From the human T2T-CHM13v2.0 reference genome, Homo sapiens, in assembly GCF_009914755.1 (NCBI RefSeq), contig NC_060940.1: a DNA stretch of 64,000 nt. The stretch is one strand, 5' to 3'. Below are positions 31,230-64,000 of the stretch, one piece after another. The notes beneath the pieces were generated by a model. The model did no database searches. It was not told where the DNA came from and saw only the letters and a list, made by a program, of their open reading frames with translations. Each line of letters begins with the position of its first letter. Position 1 is the first letter of the stretch. The translations under genes were made by a program, and so were the position numbers.

Positions 31230-32214
31230 TGAAATCCTGACCTCAAGTGATCCACCTGCCACAGCCTTCTAAAGTACTGGCATTACAGGCGTGGGCCACC
31301 ATGCTTGGCCTGGATGCCAGAAGAGTTATTTGCAAAACAATTTTTAAATACTTTTAAATACTTTGTAAAGAAGCCAAAGTTTTATTGTTGTTATTTTCTG
31401 TCTAATGCCTTGAAGTTGCCATACATTTTGGAGATTCTATTAAAGCTATAAGCTCGTTTTGTTCAGATGAACATTCATTTGTTTTTATGATCAAGCAAAC
31501 AGAGAGTGGTTTAACTGGCTTAAGAAGGACCACACAGAAAGCCGAAATTCAGGACCAGCATTGAGATGCCAGCATGGAGGCCCCGTGTGGTGGCTCATCC
31601 CAGAACTTTGGGAGGCCGAGGCAGGAGGATTGCTTGAGGTCAGGAGTTCCAGACCAGCCTGCACAGCATAGCCAGATCCCATCTCTACAAAAAATTCTAA
31701 AAATTAGCTGGGCGTTGTGGTGCATGCCTGTAGTCCTAGCTATTGGGAAGGCTGAATCCAGAGGATCCCTTGAGCCCATGAATTTGAGGCTGCAGTGAGC
31801 TGTGACTGAGCCACTGCCACTCCAGCCTGATAGACAGAATAAGACCTGTCTCAAAAAATTAAAATTAAAAGACGCCCATATGAAGCTAATCTCCAATTCT
31901 GTGTGCAGACTGCTAAAATGTCTCTCTTGCTAAAAGGAAGCCCTAAGAATGGCTACACAGGGTTTTTAACAAAAAGATTTAGCATGTCTTAGGACTTAAT
32001 GCATGTGCCACCTTCAGGCAGCCATAACAAAAAACTAGAGGTTTTCTCTAAATAAATACATAAAAATAAGGAATTTAGATTCTCTGGCAACTGTGACCTT
32101 AAACTTTGTTTTCAAGGTGAAAAATATTCACATAAAATTAAGCTTTATGAGAACATTTCTATGATGATTTAATTTCTTCTCTCTTCCCCGGTTCCACTTA
32201 AACACTAATCCTAG

Positions 32215-32247
32215 AATCCTAAAACTGTTCTTCCTGTAGATGTCATG
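32215..32247 (+). other. Candidate 33-nt cassette exon (NPKTVLPVDVM); alternative 8-nt form 32240-32247
   Basis: Pyrimidine tract...cactaatcctag|AATCCTAAAACTGTTCTTCCTGTAGATGTCATG|gtaagt; consensus donor; in a TE-free island. Confidence 0.4.
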
Positions 32248-32841
32248 GTAAGTACCACACTTTTTCTGTGCTTTTCCATAAGCAGAGAACAATAGTAGCT
32301 GAGTGATCAGACAGTACAGAGATTAACAGAGGAGTTAGTAATAAGCTTTAGAGGTTTATATCTGTGGCTCTACTCGTCTAAATTTAAGCCTTTTTGGGGA
32401 CAGAAACCCAGTTAACCAATTTAAGGCAACTACCATCACAGTTTCTTGATAATTGGTGATCTCAGTAGAAAGGGTACGTTGTAAATAAACAAAGCAATGA
32501 AACCCAGATTTCATTCATCAATGTATCCCCTACAGACCAGTTTAATGGAGATAAATTACCTTGTAGATAATGACAATGCAAACTTAACACACATCAGATC
32601 GATTGAGACAAACTGCTGTGTGTGTGTATCTGTGACGGCCTTTACTTTGTTATTACTGATTTAATTATTTTAAAACCCTTATTAAGTGCTCTGTGGGTTC
32701 ATAGTGGCACTTCTCTAAAAATCTGAAAGTCAATATAGTCTTTTAAACTACAGAGTTGGTGCCCTTTGTCTTATGAAGGGAAGGAGAACGTAAACTCACT
32801 GCCTCTAGAAGATAGGGGTAGAGGTGTTTAGAAAATAGTTA

Positions 32842-35900
<3,059 letters not shown>

Positions 35901-35939
35901 TAGAAGTCCTATACATTAATATTTGACTTCAAGAGGTTT

Positions 35940-40255
<4,316 letters not shown>

Positions 40256-40620
40256 GAATCTGATGGATTGCTATTTATTAGTAATGCCTACAACTGACCA
40301 CATACCACAAAATCCACCTGCAAAAGATACAGCAGTGCTTTAATTCCAAGGCAGAGCAGCACAGGCCCACTCTCCCTGTGTGCTGTGTGTCTTCCAAGGA
40401 TCTTCAGAGAAGGATATATTCTTCTGGTTTCTGCCAACATTCTCAGGAAAGAGTAAACGTGAAGGTCAGGAATCGCCATACCTTAGATACTGGCTTCTTC
40501 TTCCTTAGCACAGCCTGTTTCCAAATCTTGTTCCAGGGCCCCTGACTTCAGCTTGGCCTCCTGAGACTCTTAGCCCATTTCTGACTTTCGTAAGTCTCCC
40601 AGAACCCCCTAAAACCTTTC

Positions 40621-41427
<807 letters not shown>

Positions 41428-42758
41428 GCTTTCTTTTTTTAGCTTTCCTGATACTGAATGAGCAAAGAAATTTAGCTTCTTTTAGTCTCAGAGCCTCATT
41501 GCAATCCAAATGTCCATTATATGTCTTCCCGGGCGCAGAGCACTTCGCCCCTAGGAGAAGAAGCCTTCCCTTCCCCGGAACACAGAAATAGCTGAAGCCA
41601 ATTTTAGTTTTTTGTTTTATTTTTGCTTTTTGTTTTGTTTTGATTTTTCCTTCCTGTCTCATTTCAGTAATAGCAGAAAGATATCCAATATAAGGTCCGT
41701 GAACCATTTATAGAAAATTAAAGTGCACCTCATGACAGTCAGTGCACATCATGACAGCCAGCATTGTCTTTCTCTGGAGTTCTGCTCCAGGTGTATAATT
41801 GCATGTCATTAACTTTCTATATCTCACCAATTCACAAACATAGCTTTTTTTTTAACCATCCCCTCCCTTAACAAATTTAAATTTACATAATTGAGGCCGG
41901 GTGCAGTGGCTCACACCTGTCATCCCAGCACTTTGGGAGGCTGAGGTGGACGGATCACTTGAAGTCAGGAGGTCAAGACCAGCCTGGCCAACACGGTAAA
42001 ACACTGTTTCTACTAAAAGTACAAAAAAGATTAGCTGAGCGTGGTGGCACGTGCCTGTAATCTCAGCTACTCCGGAGGCTGAGGCACGAGAATAGCTTGA
42101 ACTGGGGAAATCAATGCCGCAGTGAGCTGAGATCACACCACTGCTTTCCAACCTGGGCAACAGAGCAAGACTGTCTCAAAAAATAAAAAAAAGAAAAGAA
42201 AATACATAATTGAATTCACAAAACAAATTTAATTGCTATGTATATGAAGACAGACAAATGCATGGAAAAATATTCTGTGACGTATTCTTTGGTTTTATAA
42301 CAAAAAAGGCAAACAGACATTTTTACTTTACCTTGTTCTTATCTTAATATAATACATAGGACCATATCCACCTCTTTATTTCAGAAAGTATTTGAACAGT
42401 TTCTATTCTGGAGGATTAGAGATTTCCTTGAAGCCATTACTACTCTACAACTTTATACTGTGATGGGCAGCAAAGATAATATTGTGCCTGATCACAAAGA
42501 GGAGACACAAGCCTTTCCAGAAATGTCTACGCTAAAGACACACACCAAAAATAAGGAGTTTACTAATCTATATTCTCAGCTTGAGTATTTTGTCTGCTTC
42601 CACTTCTAGACTTAAGATAAGGCTACGTTCCTCACCCTCCTTCCTCCAGCACTTGCTTCATGCAGTTAAAATGGAATGAATGACTTTAGTTAAAGCGTCA
42701 AAAGAGTCTCACTAAGGAGATACTAATTATAGCTGTTTTCACGAAGCTCTCAGAAACT

Positions 42759-42772
42759 CCAGCAGGGGGCTC
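42759..42772 (+). promoter_or_regulatory. CTCF-like core motif
   Basis: CCAGCAGGGGGCTC versus consensus CC(A/G)(C/G)CAGGGGGCGC, in unique sequence. Confidence 0.45.
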
Positions 42773-43252
42773 ATTCATTCCTGCTGAGCTGCTACAGACC
42801 CTAAGATTATGTTGTCTACATCAGCCTTAGAAATTTCCCACAAGCAACACTCCTCCCACACCCGCCGAAGTCATACACCAGTTACAGTGGGAGGGCAACT
42901 GTGTAGGTCACTACAAAGGGAACTGTTAGTTTCATCCCCACATTCCCCACAAACATTTAAAATAAAATCAAGGCAGGGTGCAGTGACTCACTTGTAATCC
43001 CAGCACTTTGGGAGGCTGAGGCGGGCAGACCACTTGAGGTCAGGAGTTTGAGACCAGCCTGGCCAACATGGTGAAACCTTGTCTCTACTAAAAATACAAA
43101 AATTAGCCAGGTGTGGTGGCGCATGCCTGTAGTCCCAGCTATTCAGGAGGCTGAGGAGGAAAGATGGCTTGAACCCAGGAGGCAGAGGTTACAGAGAGTT
43201 GAGATCGTGCCACTGCACTCCAGCCTGGGCAACAGAGTGAGACTCTGTCTCA

Positions 43253-43342
43253 AAAATAAAATAAAATAAAATAAAATAAAATAAAATAAAATAAAATAAA
43301 ATAAAATAAAATAAAATAAAATAAAATAAAATAAAATAAAAA
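43253..43342. repeat. (AAAAT)~17 pentanucleotide Alu tail
   Basis: Perfect run. Confidence 0.95.
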
Positions 43343-43776
43343 CAAGTGGGGCAGGTGAAGCTCCCTTAATTCCTCCCTAGGAAATTCTATAAAGGCAGAG
43401 TACAATTTAGAAAATCAAACTGGGGCTCTGGCTCACGCCTGTAATCCCAGCACTTCGGGAGGCCGAAGCAGGTGGATAACCTGAAGTCAGGAGTTCAAGA
43501 CCAGCCTGACCAACATGGTGAAACCCCGTCTCTACTAAAAATACAAAATTAGCTGGGCATGGTGGCACATGCCTGTAATCCCAGCTACTCAGGAGGCTAA
43601 GGCAGGAGAATCGCTTGAACTTGGGAAGAGGAGGTTGCAGTGAGCCAAAGATCATGCATTGCACTCCAGCCTGGGCAACAGGAGTGAAACTCTGTCTCAA
43701 AAAAATTTAAAATAAGAAAATCAAACTGGACATCCAAATGATAATTAACTTACATATGTTCATTCATTACCATTGC

Positions 43777-44654
43777 TGTTACCAGAAAATGGGTCTTGTC
43801 CCAGACCCCAAGAGTGGGCTCTTAGATCTCACTTTCTTGGGAAAGAATTCAGGGCAAGTTGCAGAGTATAGCGAAGTTAAGATAGTTTGTTAGAGACTAT
43901 TACGGAGTAGGGCTTCCTCAGAAAGCAAGAGGAGGAATGCCCCTACTTTAAACTTTTTATTTATTTATTTATTTAGATACAATATCTCCCTCTGTCACCC
44001 AGGCTGGAGTACAGTGGCACTATCATGGCTTACTATAGTCTCAACCTCCCAGGCTCCATTGATCCTTCCACTTTAGCCTCCCAAGCAGCTGAGCTAGAGG
44101 TACATACCACCACGCCTGGCTAATTTTTATATCTTTTGTAAAGACAGGGTTTTTTCATGTTGGCCAGGCTGGTCTTCAACTCCTGAGCTGAAGAGATCCA
44201 TCCATCTCAGCCTCCCAAAGTGCTGGGATTACAGGCATGAGCCACCATGCCTGGCCAAGAATGCCTCACCTTAAACATAGTGCTTGCTTATATAGGTTGT
44301 TAAGAATAGCATACTTCATTACAAAGACTTTTGATCAGCTTGTGACGGGCTATTAGTATTGTTATTTTCCTATGCTACTACTGATTTCCACAAGAATTTA
44401 TACGTGTACTATTATCTTTAAAGCAAAACCTATTCTTAAACTAAGAATGCATTTTGTTCTTGAAATATTGGGACGTTTCCATAAGTTCTGGGTCTTTATT
44501 TGGTAAGTTAGCATCATTAACTCATCCCCTCAGCCATAAATATCTTGTGACCAACAGTACCAACCCCCTGGAAATGGGGAATGCTACCCAGCAGGATTGG
44601 CTTTACCCAGCCTTTATTCAAGATGGAGTCACTCTGGTTAGGACATCTCTGACA
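43777..44654 (-). mobile_element. MER41-family (C/D/E-like) solo LTR split by an AluJ (about 43960-44256)
   Basis: Minus strand starts TGTCAGAGATGTCCTAACCAGAGTGACTCCATCTTGAATA and ends ...CTTGGGGTCTGG...TTTTCTGGTAACA, like MER41; no clear TSD. Confidence 0.8.
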
Positions 44655-45012
44655 CTATTAACTTTCTATCTCAATGTCTTTCCTTCTCTCACTGCACAAC
44701 CTTAGATAATTAATTTGTTAATTATCAATCTCATAAATGAAACAAAGCTGATCAGGGCACATGGCTGGTCTGGATGTTCCCAAGGATGTATTGCAGGTGG
44801 CAGGAAGGACCGTGGACCCAGCGTCCACTTTCCCAGGGGTCGATCATAAAACAATTTGCACCATGGTACTGGGGGCCAGAAGGGCAAAAGGGAGCCATGT
44901 GATCAAAATAATCTTTCCTAGGCCAGGCGCGGTAGCTCACACCTGTAATCCCAGCATTTTGGGAGGCCAAGGCTGGTGGATCACTTGAGGCCAGGAGTTC
45001 AAGACCAGCCTA

Positions 45013-45267
<255 letters not shown>

Positions 45268-45567
45268 CTAGTCATATGTATAGATCATCAAAGAACAAGG
45301 ATGAGCTTCTGGAAGCGAATTCTGGCAGCTGGGCTTACCTGCTACTCCCTGGGAGCTTTTTGACGTCCTTATTATTATTATTATTTAATTTTCTGTCCTG
45401 AGTAGCTGGGGCTACAGGTGCTTACCACTACATCTGGCTTTTTTTTTTTTTTTTTAGTACAGACAGGGTCTTTCCCAGGCTGGTCTCAAACTCTTGAGCT
45501 CAAGTGATCCTCCCGCCTCAGCCTCTCAAAGTGCTGGGATTATAGGTGTGAGCCACCTTGCCTGGCT

Positions 45568-45719
45568 GAGATTTCATCAAGCTACTTAGAACATCGTGCA
45601 ACTTAGAATTCATGAATTGTTTATTTCTGGAATTTTCCATTTAATATTTTTGGACCTTGGTTGACCGAGGGTTACTGAAACCTCAGAAAGCAAAACTGTG
45701 GATAAGGGAGGATTACTAT
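45568..45719 (-). mobile_element. MER44 (Tigger-type) fragment
   Basis: gaattgtttatttctggaattttccatttaatattt...gataagggaggattacta. Confidence 0.7.
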
Positions 45720-45879
45720 ACTGCCATTAAGTTGTATTTTAAAAATAATTTCAAAAATTGTATTCAAGTAATATGTGTATTCAATTAAAATTTCATCCCT
45801 TCAATGTTTTATAAGTAATTCAAATACCAGAGTGGTAACCATCTTCTAAGAATATTAGCTACAATCCCAATCACTGTTT

Positions 45880-46680
45880 TTCAAAAAGATGTTGTCAGTC
45901 CTGCTTCTGAAATTTCTCTCCAACAGGCCTCCTCCTCCCATTCCCACTGCCCCAACCCAGCCAGGCCCTTACCTTGCACTGCTCCGGGACACCAGCCTCC
46001 AATCTGAGGGTTTCCTGGTGTCTGGGCTTCCATGCAGCTGTCAGAGTGTTCTTCCTGAAAAGAAACTCCATCTGTGCCATTTTCCGAGCAATACGTTTTA
46101 CTGGGTTGTCCTGTAGCCTTCAGGATAAAGTACAAATTCCTGAACATGACACCTCGGATGAAGTCCGTCCCCTCCTTCCCAGATTACCACCTGCCCCTTT
46201 GACCCTGCCCTTTGGTCATCAGCCACAATCAGCTGCTGTCTCCACCAAGCCTCACCAGCTCTCCAAGCCTTCACCCATGATGCTGTCTGCCTGGACTGCC
46301 CTCCCTCCCATTCCTCTGCCTACAAGATCCGATATGCGCTTCAGCCTCCAATGTTAGCTCACCAAAATCTTCCCTTTGAATTATGAATGCAGCTGGCTGC
46401 AAACTCCTCCAAGTGACCAGAGTGTCCTATAATCACGTCTATTATAGCATCTTTGATTTAGGGGGTGATTTTTGTTTTTTTTGTTTGTTTGTTTGTTTTT
46501 CTTTTTCTTTCTTTCTTTTTTTTTTTTTTTTTTTTGCATTTCTGTATTTCCTAAGAGAATGTGAATTCCTAGAATCCTAGGAATTCTCATCTGATTTTTA
46601 TTCCCAACGTCTAGCACTATGCAAAGCAAAAAGTAGGTACCCAATAACTGCTTTTGGAATGAATAAATGAATCAATGAAT
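45880..46680 (+). mobile_element. L2 fragments
   Basis: L2-like text ending gaatgaataaatgaatcaatgaat. Confidence 0.6.
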
Positions 46681-47297
46681 GGTACCATGCAGCTGCCAAA
46701 GTGCTTTCTGCAAAGCAACTCTGACCTTGTTGCTCTCTGAGCTGTGCTCCTTCCTGGGTGATGAGGTAACACTGGAAGCTATTAACAGATAAGAAAGAGA
46801 AAAAAAAAGGAGGGGAGAGATCTCTGGGTCTCTGACAAATTACTTATTTTCACTGAGTTTCTGTTTCCTCATTTGTAAAACAAAAGTGCTGTCCGGATGA
46901 GCTCTGAAGGCATCTTCCAGTTCTCAAATTCCAGCCTGCTTGGCTCCTGAACAACTTTCCTAGAGTCTCTGGCAGCTATAACCCAAGTCTTAGCACCATC
47001 TAGTGATAAACAGGCACACAGCGGGGAGGGAAAGCCGGGGAGTGGGGAGGGCGGATAAGAGAAGGAAATGCCAACTTTAATTATATTATGAGCCGGCAAG
47101 GAATTAGGTCAAACCTGCAAATACAAAGTTAAACCAAGAGACCTAACTTTATCCTGGGGATGGAATAAATAATTAGCTTCAGAACATGGATGAAGTAGAC
47201 AATTATAGAATGCCTGAGACATGGAAAAGGCAATAAAACAATTCCTGTGTACCCTGGCCCTCTTGTTCTTTTATCAATTTACTGCTTGTTACTGTAA

Positions 47298-49059
<1,762 letters not shown>

Positions 49060-49210
49060 TCAGTCCTACATTTAGGCCATTTCTAAAGTGAGATTCCATT
49101 GTAATGCATAATTACATTTGCAAGTCGTAATAACCTATGTCTGCATGTACATTACCTTATAAACCTGTTCTTACTCATCCATTTGGAGTCTAATGGAACC
49201 TGTGTAACCA

Positions 49211-49216
49211 TTTATT
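49211..49216 (-). terminator. Candidate poly(A) signal AATAAA
   Basis: tttatt on the + strand, at the end of a TE-free block downstream of strong - strand acceptors. Confidence 0.3.
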
Positions 49217-49809
49217 GACTGATACATTATATACACAGTAATGATTATTGCATAACCCCAAGAACACAGAGAGTACAAATCTGAAACTGGACCATTTCAC
49301 TGCAGTGCCATATTTTCCAAACCCAAAATAAGGCCACTTGTACTGACAAGAATGTGCACATGACAAAAGGAAAACGAGGTCTGATAACACACAGCACCTC
49401 CAGGTGACTTCCCTCTTGGCACATTTATAACCTAGAAGTGTTTGAAAAAGGAAGAAACTGCAGAGGGAAAAAGCAAGTCAGCGTTTTTTTTGCCTGGAGT
49501 TGGAATCCAATGGTTGGGTTTTGGAGACTGCTTTGAAGGAAAACGATGACTCGCTGGGCAGGTGCGTTTCAGACACTAACAAACATAAAAGAATGTAGGG
49601 AGTTATGGGTGATGGACTCATGAGACAGGTCTGTGCCTGATTTTTCTATTTTGCCTGCTATTAACTATATGCCTCAACCTGTAAGCTTACAGACGTATTT
49701 CTTTTATGGCTGATGCAGTTACATAAAGGATGATACGTTTCATTTGGATAAACTCAATTTTATCTGAAAAATCCAAAAGCATTTCAAACATACAGAGTTG
49801 AAAGACAAA

Positions 49810-56370
<6,561 letters not shown>

Positions 56371-56483
56371 TTTGGAAATGTGAAAGGTGGGGACCCAGTC
56401 TCCCGAGACTCTTGATAATGCGCTCTGGAGCCATTTGTCTAGTTAACTGCCTTGATTAGAAAGGATCCTAAAGCTTCTCTCAC

Positions 56484-56870
56484 CTCCCTCCGGGAGACGG
56501 CCAAATGGCCACAGCCGAGCCTAGGTCTCTTGGCTAGCTCCAAAATGCCGGGAAGACTCCGGCGCTATCTCCCTAGGTATTTATATGTCAAAGGGAGAAA
56601 GTCCCAGAACTTGAAGACCCCTCCAGGTGGTTAAAGCTGAGACACCTGGGGCTATCTCGTTCCGGGTGAGGCTTTATTTACATATCAAAGGGCTGGGGTT
56701 AGGTTTCGGGCCCATTAAGTTTCCAAGGAGACCCTTTCAAAAAGGGAGGGGAATAGCTACCTCCTTCGCCTTTATAAGCAGAGAAAACTTGTCCTTCATC
56801 TATGGAGTGTCAGGCTACTTGCACGGGACATTTCCTGGCCAGGAGTAAGGCTTAAGGGGAGGCTGGGAGC
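56484..56870 (-). promoter_or_regulatory. Candidate TATA-box promoter and short first exon
   Basis: TATAAATA at 56585-56578 (-); donor GAG|GTGAGA at 56484/56483; raised CpG; kB-, TCF- and FOX-like motifs upstream. Confidence 0.4.
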
Positions 56871-56993
56871 GGAGGCTATGTACTTATTATTTGCTAAAAG
56901 GTAATTAATATAAAATCTGTCTCTGATCCCAAACACCTGTGTGTGTGCATTCAGGATAAAATTAATAAAGATAAATATTAAAAAACCACTGGC

Positions 56994-61485
<4,492 letters not shown>

Positions 61486-61494
61486 CATTTCACT

Positions 61495-61945
61495 GCTCCT
61501 ACATCAGGATGTTTTCAGCTGCAGGTAACAGAGACCCTATGAATGGCTTTAAATAATAAAGATATTTCATTATCTCATATAATGAGTACTCTGAACACTC
61601 ATGGTTTCAGGGTTGATTTGGCAGCTCAAACATGTCACAGGCTGCATCTCTCCAATTTTTGGCTCTTCGGTCATGAGATGGCTGCTGCAGCTCCAAATAC
61701 ATTCTCACTTCAGTATCCCAGGCAGGAGAAGAGAAGGACAACAGCAACAGAGCGCTTTCCATACCTGATTAATTCATTGGTTGGAACTGGGTCACACCTA
61801 GCTACAAAAAAGGCTGGAAAGGCAAGAATTCAGCAAAAAAGAACAGAGAGCAGGGATTGGCTTATACCAGGGGCTTCATCTCCTGGGGATGGGCATGCTG
61901 CTGCCCAAAGCTAAATCGGGGCTTTGTTAGCAAGGAAGAAGTGGG
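61495..61945 (-). mobile_element. Old MLT1 (J/K-like) LTR
   Basis: catcaggatgttttcagctgcaggtaacaga...ggggctttgttagcaaggaagaag. Confidence 0.55.
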
Positions 61946-62167
61946 CCATCTTCTTAAGATTCACCTTCCCAGCAAAGAGAGTCAATGGGCCTGGCTTAGG
62001 TCACCGTGTTGGAGTCACCATGCATGACTGAAAGGTAATGTTGCAAAAGGGGAAGCAGAATTCTGGGGCTAGAAGAAGAAGAGAGACAGAAGCTGAGTGC
62101 AGAAAAGACATCTTTTCCTCCTTCAACCACTGGTCATTTCAGATACTGGGGAGTATCGCAACCTAGC

Positions 62168-62313
62168 CAGGACAGGTTATATCATTTGTAGGAACCAGTG
62201 CAAATAAAATGCAGGACCCATGGTTCAAAAGTTAAGAATTTCAAGCACAGAGCCCTTCTGGACACAGAGTCCTGTGTGACTGCACAGGTCACAAGCCCAT
62301 GAAGCCAGCCCTG
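62168..62313 (-). mobile_element. MER45A hAT MITE
   Basis: ccagtgcaaataaaatgcagg...aagaatttcaag...gactgcacaggtcacaagcccatgaagccagccctg is antisense MER45A-like. Confidence 0.75.
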
Positions 62314-62912
62314 GGCCTAGATCAGAACTGGAGTGATTGCCCCAAGGAGAGTAAGTCTTGCTAGGGTGTTTCAGGGTCTGTTTTGTTATAAAATTGGGTT
62401 AAATCATTAATTGATGGTAAGAAAGCTGAGATTTATATTGTTATAATTAACATGTGTCCAGCCCTTTGTACAAACACTGTTAAAGGGTCGAGAAAAGAGG
62501 TGATCAAAGCCCTCTGTGGTATAACCCTAGGCAGAGGCAGGGTTCCAAGAAGACAGAGCTATCCAGAGGCTTCCAGTCTACTCCAGCTATCAGAGTAAGG
62601 GGGATGGTGAGTTGGTTTTATTCCTCATGCCCATTCAAACTTGGCAATTTCAGTTTATTACTTAATCATCACAGTGGCCCTGTGTGGCTCAAAGTATTAT
62701 ATCCATATTATAGATGAGGTCACTGGGGCTCAGAGAGGTCCGTGATCATCCATGGTATATGATCAAACTGGGATTGGAAGCCAGGCAGTCTGAATCCTTG
62801 CGTCCACCTTTATCAGCACTGTGTGTCATTGAACAAATCTAACAGGGCTGGGGAAATTGTAAGAAGTTGTCTTATAATAGATGAGATGACACAGATATAA
62901 AAGGGGTTTTAA

Positions 62913-64000
<1,088 letters not shown>

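Larger units (their letters stand above)
41895..43710 (+). mobile_element. Three AluS elements (41895, 42972, 43420)
   Basis: Alu consensus. Confidence 0.9.

Overview
Primate (very probably human) genomic DNA with no recognisable protein-coding exon of a known gene: an intronic or intergenic, very Alu-dense segment. By eye it has about 90-95 Alu/FLAM/FRAM/FAM pieces covering roughly 40% of the window, plus old L1, L2 and MIR, solo LTRs (MLT1, MER4-type, MER41-type) and DNA-transposon MITEs (MER81, MER5A, MER44, MER53, MER45A). Nearly all ORFs in the track are repeat-derived artefacts. The best-supported unusual element is a full-length U6 snRNA copy fused directly to an Alu, with both inside one target-site duplication (a U6/Alu chimeric retrocopy, 13398-13839). 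Short TE-free islands carry candidate signals that I cannot confirm without expression or conservation data: a + strand 33-nt (or 8-nt) microexon at 32215-32247, and a - strand TATA-box promoter with first exon at about 56.5 kb that may splice to a polyadenylated terminal exon at about 49.2 kb. There is also an Alu/FAM-mediated local duplication at 51 kb and a MER53 hairpin one base away from miR-1302. I could not identify the locus or a host gene. Repeat family names are from memory of consensus sequences and most boundaries are approximate.
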